A DNA stretch of 15,754 nucleotides from a virus, in the IMG/VR virus record IMGVR_UViG_3300045988_040537, positions 1-15,754 of that record. One strand, 5' to 3'. This document shows, one piece after another, positions 5,810 through 13,581 of the stretch. The notes beneath the pieces are model-generated. The model made no database searches, was not told the origin of the DNA, and saw only the letters and a list, made by a program, of their open reading frames with translations. The stretch's first letter is position 1; every line of letters starts with the position of its first letter. The translations under genes were made by a program, and so were the position numbers.

Positions 5810-5922
5810 CATATCTGTAACTCTTGCAACCACAAAGCGGTTGACTTCCGATATTCTGTGCGGGCAGTTTGTTTCACCTGTGTCACCCCGTCAGACCAGT
5901 GCAGTATACAAGAGCAGATACC

Positions 5923-6957
5923 TTAATAAGAGAGTGCTTTGAGTACAGCTTCTTTACAACGGAGGTCTTTAAAGCGGAAACACCCATGCTCAAAATAGTA
6001 TCTCATGTTAGCAATAAAGAAGTCGTTCTTCTTGAGCATAACATAGTTCACGTCATGGTCGTCAGTTGTAACTGTAATGCGCACTCTGAATGTTCTGTCT
6101 GGTGTTGTATCACAGTATACAATTCCGCGCTCAGGGTATTCCCTGATTCCAAACTCCGTGTTTTTATACTTTAGTGTCGCAATGTATCTACTTTCGCCAG
6201 CAGGTTTCTCGATGAACGCCTGACTGTCATTCAGGTACACGCACTCACTCGAATATGCAACATAGCTATTGCGTGCAAAGGCTCTATTAAACCCACTTTC
6301 TTTCTGTGCCTTACTTGCACTATCGACAAACCCCTGTTCAAGCACAAAGCCGTCACCCCGGAGGAAGCGCGTGGAATCGTTAAGTCTTTCGCTTATACCC
6401 ATTTCCACATAGTAGGGATTGATTATCGACACAGGGTTGGCGCACATATAGACAGGCACATAACGCACCTGTTCGCCGTGACCTCTGGCAATACTGGTAT
6501 GCACAGACAGTAGCTTTCTAATTTCATCCTGACAGTAGTGATTAGTCTCACTCTGAAATTCATCGAAGAACATCCGTTGCACATCACTGAACAGGTGACT
6601 ATACTTTTTAAGCTGGTCTGCGCTGTTCAGGGAAATAGCATATCCGCAACTATCATCATCCAAATATAACTCATGGAAGATGCCAGAAGCGCGCCGTCTG
6701 CTTGTCATTACAGAACCTGCAAAGAACAGCCCAGCAATGTCCTTAAAGAATTTGTCTGCGCAATCATCCAGTTCATAGTTATACCTGTAAACAAGGCAGA
6801 ACTTTTCTCCACGATCTTTGAATCTGTTCACAAGCATACGGGAGAAGTACACAGTCTTACCGCCTGTGCGGTTAGTAGTACACATATAAATTTCCGGCTT
6901 CTTGCCATTCAGGTCTTTCATGCTGAGTAACTTTGTGCCATCATAATATTTTCCCAT
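5923..6957 (-). CDS. DNA encapsidation (packaging) ATPase, phi29 gp16-like
   Basis: Walker A is NRTGGKT and Walker B is MFFDEF. CANPVSIINPYYVEMGI parallels phi29 gp16 CLSNAVSVVNPYFLFFNL, and the C-terminal GCFRFKDLRCKEAVLKAL parallels GYLRFDNQVIRNIAYELF. AAAGGGAG RBS. Confidence 0.9.
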   Translation of the reverse strand: MGKYYDGTKLLSMKDLNGKKPEIYMCTTNRTGGKTVYFSRMLVNRFKDRGEKFCLVYRYNYELDDCADKFFKDIAGLFFAGSVMTSRRRASGIFHELYLDDDSCGYAISLNSADQLKKYSHLFSDVQRMFFDEFQSETNHYCQDEIRKLLSVHTSIARGHGEQVRYVPVYMCANPVSIINPYYVEMGISERLNDSTRFLRGDGFVLEQGFVDSASKAQKESGFNRAFARNSYVAYSSECVYLNDSQAFIEKPAGESRYIATLKYKNTEFGIREYPERGIVYCDTTPDRTFRVRITVTTDDHDVNYVMLKKNDFFIANMRYYFEHGCFRFKDLRCKEAVLKALSY

Positions 6958-6989
6958 TCGCTTGTCACTCCCTTTATCTATTCATAATC

Positions 6990-7018
6990 ATTATAACATA
7001 TTGCTTGACAAAAATCAA
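6990..7018 (-). promoter_or_regulatory. Leftward promoter for the packaging ATPase
   Basis: Read on the minus strand: -35 TTGATT (7018-7013), a 17-nt spacer, extended -10 TGtTATAAT (6998-6990). Confidence 0.6.
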
Positions 7019-7033
7019 CCCCTATGATATAAT
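7005..7033 (+). promoter_or_regulatory. Rightward promoter for the lysis/structural operon
   Basis: TTGACA (7005-7010), a 17-nt spacer, extended -10 TGaTATAAT (7025-7033). Confidence 0.75.
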
Positions 7034-7082
7034 TTATAGTAGGTTAAAGACCTGAAAATTAAAAATGAAACGGAGTGGTCGC

Positions 7083-7541
7083 ATGAAGATGGACGTATTC
7101 AAAGCCGCAGTCGCCGCCGCAATTGGAGCGCTTGTTGCTTATGGGGTACAGCTTTTCATCCCCTGTATCGTGCTTGTTGTAGTCATGCTGTTGGACTACA
7201 TCACCGGCATGGTGAAGGCGTGGGAAGCTGGCGAACTGAGTAGCAAGATCGGTATCAAAGGCATTCTCAAGAAGTTGGGCTACCTTGTTATCGTATCTGT
7301 AGCGTGTGTGGTGGACTGGTGTGTGCGCTATGGCGCGGAAAGTGTTGGTATGGATTGGAAGTTTGAATTTCTGTTTGCTTCCATCGTGCTTCTCTGGCTG
7401 GTTATTAATGAACTTATTTCAATCCTCGAAAACGTCTCAGCCATTGGCGCGCCCGTCCCTGCTTTCCTGACAACAATTATTAACAAACTCAAGACCAGTA
7501 CTGAGAACAAGGTAGGTGACAACGAAGATGAAAATCATTGA
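7083..7541 (+). CDS. Holin (Phage_holin_4_1 / toxin-secretion holin type)
   Basis: Several hydrophobic helices. The signature LDYITGMVKAW...SSKIGIKGILKKLGYLVIV is typical of holin family 4_1. GGAG lies 7 nt before the ATG at 7083. The ATG at 7065 is possible but has no RBS. Confidence 0.85.
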   Translation: MKMDVFKAAVAAAIGALVAYGVQLFIPCIVLVVVMLLDYITGMVKAWEAGELSSKIGIKGILKKLGYLVIVSVACVVDWCVRYGAESVGMDWKFEFLFASIVLLWLVINELISILENVSAIGAPVPAFLTTIINKLKTSTENKVGDNEDENH

Positions 7542-8220
7542 ACAGGATTATCATTGGCACGGCGGGCTGACTAAGCGTGAACACACAGACCTGATCGTGC
7601 TACATCACGCCGCCGCAAGTTCCTGTACCGCTATGGATGTTCATAGCTGGCACGTTGCGAACGGTTGGGTAGGCATTGGCTATCACTTCTTTGTGCGGAA
7701 GGACGGCTCGATCTATCGTGGCAGACCTGAACAGTGCGTTGGCGCACACGCTTACGGCGCTAACTATCACTCTATCGGCATTTGCTTCGAGGGCAACTTC
7801 ATGACGGAGACAATGCCTGACGCACAGATCAAGGCTGGCGCTGAGCTGGTGAAGTATCTGAAAAATAAGTGGGGCGTTTCGTGGGTGGCTAAGCACAAGG
7901 ACATTGGAACCACGGATTGCCCCGGCACGTATTTCCCGTTTGACAAGATTGCACACGGGTGTGCGGAAGAAATTAAGAATGAAGGAGCTGAAAAAATTAT
8001 GGTCGAAACTATCGAAATTGGCAATGGCGACCGTGGCAACGCGGTCAAGACCTTGCAGGGTGCGCTTATCGCGCAGGGCTATGCAATGCCGAAGTATGGC
8101 GCTGATGGCGTTTGCGGCGGTGAGACTGTCAGCGCCATTCGCAGTTTCCAGAGCGCCCACGGCCTGAAAGCTGATGGTATTTGTGGTAAAAACACATGGG
8201 GTGCTCTGCTAAGAGGGTGA
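7528..8220 (+). CDS. Endolysin: N-acetylmuramoyl-L-alanine amidase (Amidase_2/PGRP) + PG_binding_1 domain
   Basis: HHAA...GIGYHFFVRKDGSIYRGRP...GAHAYGANYHSIGICFEGNF...HKDIGTTDCPG carries the Zn ligands H, H and C as in T7 lysozyme. The C-terminal VKTLQGALIAQGY...DGVCGGETVSAIRSFQSAHGLKADGICGKNTWGAL is a peptidoglycan-binding repeat. The ATG at 7528 overlaps the holin end. Confidence 0.9.
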   Translation: MKIIEQDYHWHGGLTKREHTDLIVLHHAAASSCTAMDVHSWHVANGWVGIGYHFFVRKDGSIYRGRPEQCVGAHAYGANYHSIGICFEGNFMTETMPDAQIKAGAELVKYLKNKWGVSWVAKHKDIGTTDCPGTYFPFDKIAHGCAEEIKNEGAEKIMVETIEIGNGDRGNAVKTLQGALIAQGYAMPKYGADGVCGGETVSAIRSFQSAHGLKADGICGKNTWGALLRG

Positions 8221-8224
8221 TTGT

Positions 8225-8599
8225 GTGAAGCCGTGGCGTAGAATTGTGGGAACTAAAAATGGCTTTATTGTTTTGCCCAAAGAATGTACGGAGTTTGTGC
8301 TGAATCTGCCCGTGATTTACAGCGTGCAAATTCGGAGTGGCTCTATTATTCCTTCCAAAATTTTAGATGATGTTGGAATCACAACCGAAACCGAAGAAAC
8401 AAAATCGATTCAAGGGTTTAAGCGTGGTTCTTTTTGGGATTTGGTGGTCGCAACAATCTCAGCAGGCGAACCGGGCAAGGTAAACTTGTGTGGTAAACCA
8501 GGGCCAATTTTAACAGATGCTGAAAATTTTCTAGCGGTTAGCGTTAGGACAGTTGGCGGCGTTCCCACAGACGGCGTTCTAACTGGCATGTGGAGGTAA
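8225..8599 (+). CDS. Hypothetical protein (124 aa), GTG start
   Basis: It is the only ORF filling the gap between the endolysin and the tail lysozyme. GAGGG lies 7 nt upstream of the GTG. There is no internal ATG alternative and I recognise no motif. Confidence 0.55.
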   Translation: MKPWRRIVGTKNGFIVLPKECTEFVLNLPVIYSVQIRSGSIIPSKILDDVGITTETEETKSIQGFKRGSFWDLVVATISAGEPGKVNLCGKPGPILTDAENFLAVSVRTVGGVPTDGVLTGMWR

Positions 8600-8602
8600 G
8601 CT

Positions 8603-9208
8603 ATGGCGTGGATTCACACTAACGCAAGCCTTAACTTAGAGCAGATGCAAAACAACGCTGTTGAGTTTCTGTCTTATTTCACAACTTCGGCTACAATTTC
8701 AGACGCAACCTATAATGCCGTGGCTGGAATGCTTGGAGTGCTACAGAGTGAATCCACAATCAACCCCGGCAGATGGGAGGGTGGCGTTGAGTATGGTCAA
8801 CCACCGTCTAATTATGGTTATGGTCTTGCACAATGGACACCGTGGACTAAAGTGTCTGACTACTACGGTTCTACCGACTTGGACAACATGCCGGACTGGG
8901 TACAGTGCGAATTGATCTATGTCGGATTAACTACAGGTAGCCAATGGTTTGCAAATGATTTTGCCAGACCTGTCAACCCGCCAATAACCGGAGTGGAGTT
9001 CTTGCACAGCGACTTACCACCATCCACGCTTGCAAAATATTTCTTATGGTATTTCGAGCACCCCAGTGAATCTGTACTTCCTACGCGTGAAGCGCAGGAT
9101 AGCGCGAATGCTGAATACTGGTACAAATACCTTACCGGAGTAGACCCGCCTAAACCGCATAAGCCGAGAAAATCAATGCCCATATGGTTCTATCTTAGAC
9201 CGTGGTAA
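8603..9208 (+). CDS. Virion/tail-associated lysozyme (phage tail lysozyme family, like the phi29 gp13 N-domain)
   Basis: AGMLGVLQSESTINPGRWE...GYGLAQWTPW matches the characteristic GN.q.ES..nP...GyGl.QWt signature of phage tail lysozymes. GGAGG RBS. Confidence 0.7.
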   Translation: MAWIHTNASLNLEQMQNNAVEFLSYFTTSATISDATYNAVAGMLGVLQSESTINPGRWEGGVEYGQPPSNYGYGLAQWTPWTKVSDYYGSTDLDNMPDWVQCELIYVGLTTGSQWFANDFARPVNPPITGVEFLHSDLPPSTLAKYFLWYFEHPSESVLPTREAQDSANAEYWYKYLTGVDPPKPHKPRKSMPIWFYLRPW

Positions 9209-9219
9209 GGAGGTTAAAC

Positions 9220-9495
9220 ATGGCAAAGAAAACAAAGGATGAACTTCTTGCTTCTGCCAAAGCCATTCTTGGCGACAACACATCCGATGAAGCGCTTACT
9301 TTTATGGAGGACATTTCAGATTCCCTTGAGGTAAACACTGAGGATTGGGAAGCAAAGTACAGAGAAAACGACGCCGCTTGGCGCAAACGCTATGCTGAGC
9401 GCTTCATGTCTAGTGGGGACGATTCAGACTTTGAGCCTGAACCCGATGACGAGCCGAAGCGCCTGACATATGAAGAACTTTTTAAGGAGGAATAA
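9220..9495 (+). CDS. Head scaffolding protein (phi29 gp7-like)
   Basis: 91 aa, highly charged, acidic and probably helical. It lies immediately upstream of the major capsid gene, as phi29 gene 7 does. AAGGAGG lies 6-7 nt before the ATG at 9220. The track's GTG at 9202 lies inside the RBS. Confidence 0.7.
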   Translation: MAKKTKDELLASAKAILGDNTSDEALTFMEDISDSLEVNTEDWEAKYRENDAAWRKRYAERFMSSGDDSDFEPEPDDEPKRLTYEELFKEE

Positions 9496-9498
9496 GAA

Positions 9499-10941
9499 AT
9501 GCCCAGACGCGTATCTGTAAGCACCCTGAACGCTTCCACTATGGACATTCTGAATACCATTCGCCAGAACGCTGGCTATGAGTATCAGAGCCTTGTCCCG
9601 GAGGTTACTAAGGAAACCGACATTCCGCGTGTCGGTGAGGTTCTGGTTGGCTATCCCTCTCTAGCTAACCAGTTCATCAACGCCCTTATCAACCGCATCG
9701 CTCTTGTGAGGGTTAAGAGCGCAACCTTTAATAACGCCTATGCTATGCTCAAGAAGGGTTATCTTGAGATGGGCGAAGTCGTCGAAGAGGTTTTCGTCAA
9801 TATCTGCAAAGCGCGTGAGTTTTCCGTCGAGAAGGCCGCGGGTAGAGAGCTGAAACGTAGCGTACCGGATGTTCGTTCCGCTTTCCACGCTATGAACTGG
9901 CGCGTCCAGTACCCCGTGACTATTCAGGAGCAGGATCTCCAGCAGGCTTTTCTGAGCATGAGTGGCGTACAGGATCTTATCGCCCGCATTGTGGATGCTG
10001 TGTATACTGCCGCAGAGTACGACGAGTTTCTGCTTTTCAAGTACCTGATTATCAAGGCTTACAACGCCAATAAGATTTTCAAGGTGCATATCACGGGCAC
10101 GACGGCGGCTATTAAAAATGATGCCGCTATCTATCGCGGCTATTCCAATGGGCTGACGTTCATGAGTGACAAGTACAACGCTTCCGGAGTGACCACCATC
10201 ACGAAGAAAGAAGATCAGTACCTCTTCATGGACACGCAGTACAATGCGCAGTATGACGTGGAAGTGCTTGCTTCTGCGTTCAACATGGGCAAGGCCGACT
10301 ATCAGGGTAGACTGACGCTGATTGATTCTTTCAGCGAGTTCGACAATGATCGTTTCTCCGAGATCGTCGCTAACTCTGACATGCTCGACCCTGTCACTCC
10401 GGCTGAGCTGACTGCCATGCAGAACGTCAAGGCGATTCTGTTTGACAGCGAGTGGTTCCAGGTTTATGACAACCTGACTAAGTTCACGGAGACGTATGTT
10501 GCTTCCGGTATGTACTGGAACTACTTCCTGAACATGTGGAAAACCGTGTCCTATTCCCCGTTCTCGAACGCTATCGCGTTCACTACCGAAGCTGTTGATG
10601 CCGCGCCCGATTCTATCACTATCCCGGTCGTTTCCGTGGACAAGAGTGATACCTCTACCGTGGTTACATTTGGTAATGCTGAGAGTGACAACAAGGCTGT
10701 CGGTGTTCGTTTCGTCCAGACCCAGCAGATGGTTGAGGACGCGACGGCTGTTCACCCGTATGGCGCTATCATCTATCAGGCGAACGCCAACGCGGCGCTT
10801 GTTCAGGTGGCGTACAAGCAGGCTGACGGAAGCGAGAAACTGTATGTCAGTCAGAATAGCGGCGGGACTGCCGCCGCGACGTTTGACTACACGACCGCGA
10901 AGCCCGGCGACAGTGTCACCTTTAAGCCTGTTGCTGGATAA
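9499..10941 (+). CDS. Major capsid protein (phi29 gp8-like) with C-terminal extra domain
   Basis: Blocks parallel my recollection of phi29 gp8. [19 protein letters not shown] matches [45 protein letters not shown] matches [37 protein letters not shown]...[25 protein letters not shown] matches WFMVYDNLHKM...[25 protein letters not shown]. Confidence 0.92.
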   Translation: [480 protein letters not shown]

Positions 10942-10962
10942 GCTGACGGCTTGGGTAAAATA

Positions 10963-10988
10963 GGGAGTGGGGCATGTGCTCCACTCCC
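10963..10988 (+). promoter_or_regulatory. Stem-loop after the capsid gene (possible attenuator or mRNA stabiliser)
   Basis: gggagtgg (10963-10970) pairs with ccactccc (10981-10988) around a 10-nt loop. No T-tract follows. Confidence 0.4.
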
Positions 10989-11004
10989 GGCTGGGAGGAT
11001 TACG

Positions 11005-12687
11005 ATGTATATCGCACCTAATACAAATATCAGAATCCTGAAAGACGTTCCGCTGGAACCGAGCTACGAGAACACGCTGTACTTCTCTAGCCTTAGCGCA
11101 CAGACCAACTACTTTAGCAGTAAGGCCAAATATAGCCTAACGCAAAATACTTATCAGCGAGTAAACCGTGGGGTTATCCGAGTTGGGGTTAAGGCTGACA
11201 ACCTGTATGACTGCAACTATGTCATGTTCCAGAATGCCGGGTATGGCAATAAGTGGTTTTATGCGTTCATTCTTCAAGTGGAGTTTGTCAATAACACTAC
11301 TGCCGATATCTATTTCGGAATTGATGTTATGCAGACGTATGCATTTGACTACACGCTAAAGGAATGCATGATCGAGAGACAGCATGCCGAATCCGATGAA
11401 ATCGGAGAGAACCTTGTACCAGAGGGTTTGGAGACAGGTGAGTATGTCAGTGAGAATATAACTAATATTGAAAGTCTAAAACCCAACTCAATTGTAATAG
11501 GCGTAGCCGCTACCGAGAACGCCGGTGATTTTTACGGCGGCTATTTTAACGGAACATATTCCGGGATTAACTACTTGGCTTATCCCAACACACTGGTGGG
11601 TGCAAAGCTTTGTCAGAACAAACTTGAACTTCTGACACAATCGGTTAATAATAAGGCAGATAGTATTGTTAGTCTGTTCCTTATGCCAACAGAGATGGTC
11701 GGTACGGATGGCTCGGAACTGACTGTTAAACGGTTCTTACTTGGCGGTGACAACCCTAAGAGCTTCAATGGATATAAGCCGAGAAATAATAAGCTATTCA
11801 CTGAGCCTTACAGTTTCTTAGCCGTGTCTACCAGAACTGGTAACAGCGCAACGTATGGGTGGGAATTTTTCAATCGAGGTAGCGCTGAGGATGACTACGT
11901 TTTCTACTACTTCGGCGACACTACCCCAAACCCTAGCGTGTGGCTTACTCCGCTGAACTATAAGGGGCTTGCAGTAAACGACGATGAAGCGTGTGTTATG
12001 ACTGGCTTCCCGCAGGTAGCGTATACAATTGATACCTATCGCGCTTGGGTGGCACAATCCAGCGGTGTTGTCGCGATGAACGCTATGACTGCTGGTTATG
12101 GGGCATATGCTAAAACCAATGCCGTTGCCGAAAATGCCGCCGCCGCACACATGACCGCAACAATCAAGGCACAGCAAGCCAGTGCCAATTTTGCCAAAAC
12201 TCTTAGCGCCGCTAACGCCGCAAAGGCCACGGCGACGAGAGCCGCCGCCACAGAAGCTGGAACTGCCTCTGCCGCCGCCGCCGCCGCTGTCGGGCCAGCC
12301 GCTATCGGTGCTGTCGCCCTTAGTGTGCTTGGCGCTGTTATCGAACATGCGCGTATGCCTACAGTTGCGAAGGGAATCCAAAGTTCTATGGTGTGGGCTG
12401 GTAGAAAAGCTATGACTTTCTACTTTGACCATAGACATATCACTCGCCAGTTTGCTGAAATTATCGATAGCTATTTCGACATGTACGGTTACGCCCAACA
12501 CAAGGTTGGCGTACCCAACAGAAATGTCAGAAGACATTGGACATATGTTAAAACTGTCGGGTGCGCGGTAGTTGGCTCGATGCCTGCGGATGATATGCGC
12601 AAGATTCAGGAAATTTTTGATGCTGGCATTAGATTCTGGAACACCCCCGGCGAAGTGGGCAATTACTCGCTGGATAATACTCTGTGA
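11005..12687 (+). CDS. Tail knob / distal tail tube protein (phi29 gp9-like)
   Basis: YVMFQNAGYGNKWFYAFILQVEF matches phi29 gp9 YIMFQNADYGNKWFYAFVTELEF. IFDAGIRFWNTPGEVGNYSLDN matches IFDNGITLWHTDNIGNYSVEN. GGGAGGA RBS lies 5 nt before the ATG at 11005. Confidence 0.92.
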   Translation: MYIAPNTNIRILKDVPLEPSYENTLYFSSLSAQTNYFSSKAKYSLTQNTYQRVNRGVIRVGVKADNLYDCNYVMFQNAGYGNKWFYAFILQVEFVNNTTADIYFGIDVMQTYAFDYTLKECMIERQHAESDEIGENLVPEGLETGEYVSENITNIESLKPNSIVIGVAATENAGDFYGGYFNGTYSGINYLAYPNTLVGAKLCQNKLELLTQSVNNKADSIVSLFLMPTEMVGTDGSELTVKRFLLGGDNPKSFNGYKPRNNKLFTEPYSFLAVSTRTGNSATYGWEFFNRGSAEDDYVFYYFGDTTPNPSVWLTPLNYKGLAVNDDEACVMTGFPQVAYTIDTYRAWVAQSSGVVAMNAMTAGYGAYAKTNAVAENAAAAHMTATIKAQQASANFAKTLSAANAAKATATRAAATEAGTASAAAAAAVGPAAIGAVALSVLGAVIEHARMPTVAKGIQSSMVWAGRKAMTFYFDHRHITRQFAEIIDSYFDMYGYAQHKVGVPNRNVRRHWTYVKTVGCAVVGSMPADDMRKIQEIFDAGIRFWNTPGEVGNYSLDNTL

Positions 12688-12702
12688 TTTGGAGGTGAGA
12701 AT

Positions 12703-13581
12703 ATGAGCAGAAAAAACAAGCAGTTTTGGGAATCGGTTGTAATGAACAACGCGACTTGGGCACAGTACGCTAGGCGGCTTACGGAACTTAGCATTTCGAT
12801 GTTTGAATGGAAGAACCTGCCTGATAGCGTTGACCCTAGGTTTCTGGAACTTACCCTTTTCGGAGACGGGCAGGCTGTGTTCTTTAGGGATGAAGTTATG
12901 GGCTACCTTGCTTTGCAATGCGCCGCAAACGGTAACTTCAACCAGTACAGAATTCCAACAAGAAGAAGAGCATATGCTGTTAATGGCTATCAGAAGGATT
13001 TAGATATGAACGATAGTGTGATTATCTATAACAACTATCTAAGAACCAACAGTTGGCTCGATGTGCAGATGTTCGCGAAAAGACTGTATAATCTTGACCG
13101 CGCTATCGACGTTAATGCCAATGCGCAGAAAACCCCTATCCTGCTACTTTGTGACGAGAACCAGAGGTTGACCGTTGAGAACGTGTACATGCAGTATGAC
13201 GGTAATATGCCGGTGATTTTTGGTGATCGTGGCCTTAATACTGGCATGGAAATGAAAACCTTGAATACTCAAGCACCGTTTGTGTGTGATAAGCTGTATG
13301 AACTTAAAACGCAGTTGTGGAACGAAGCCCTGACGTATTTGGGAATTAGTTCTGTGAACAGTGTAAAGAAGGAAAGGCTTATCACCGACGAGGTTACACG
13401 GAACCTTGGCGCAACTGTTGCAAGTAGGTATAGCAGACTGCAAGCAAGGAAAGAAGCCTGTCAACAGATCAATAGAATGTTTGGTCTGAATCTCGACTGC
13501 GAGTATCGTAGTGATATCAGGTATATCGAGGACGAAGATCAAGCGCCTGCCAGCGATGAGGAGGTTGATACTAATGAGTAA
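12703..13581 (+). CDS. Portal / upper collar (connector) protein (phi29 gp10-like)
   Basis: MFEWKNLPDSVDPRFLE matches gp10 LFEWENLPPTINPSFLE. VNANAQKTPILL matches VNQNAQKTPVLI. KKERLITDEV matches KKERMVTDEV. REEACQQINRMFGLN matches REEACEKINELYGLN. The tail is acidic. Confidence 0.92.
   Translation: MSRKNKQFWESVVMNNATWAQYARRLTELSISMFEWKNLPDSVDPRFLELTLFGDGQAVFFRDEVMGYLALQCAANGNFNQYRIPTRRRAYAVNGYQKDLDMNDSVIIYNNYLRTNSWLDVQMFAKRLYNLDRAIDVNANAQKTPILLLCDENQRLTVENVYMQYDGNMPVIFGDRGLNTGMEMKTLNTQAPFVCDKLYELKTQLWNEALTYLGISSVNSVKKERLITDEVTRNLGATVASRYSRLQARKEACQQINRMFGLNLDCEYRSDIRYIEDEDQAPASDEEVDTNE

Noticed and set aside
5841-5870. TTGACT hexamer in the ATPase 3' region as a possible promoter
   Set aside because: No acceptable -10 lies 16-18 nt downstream. 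It would fire into the antisense of the ATPase gene.
5869-6174. Plus-strand 101-aa ORF
   Set aside because: It is antisense to the well-supported packaging ATPase and has no RBS.
7600-8160. Minus-strand 186-aa ORF, plus ORFs 7767-8048 and 7904-8167
   Set aside because: They overlap the endolysin gene in antisense or alternative frames. The endolysin has clear domain signatures and these have none.
9661-10755. 364-aa minus-strand ORF
   Set aside because: It is fully antisense to the major capsid gene, whose identity is unambiguous. It is a typical shadow ORF of a GC3-biased gene.
12271-12285. (GCC)5 trinucleotide run as a phase-variation switch
   Set aside because: The repeat unit is 3 nt, so slippage stays in frame. 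It could alter loop length but cannot switch the gene on or off. It is short and encodes part of a poly-Ala tract.
11818-12918. 366-aa minus-strand ORF
   Set aside because: It is antisense to the tail knob and portal genes and crosses their intergenic RBS. The product is low-complexity.
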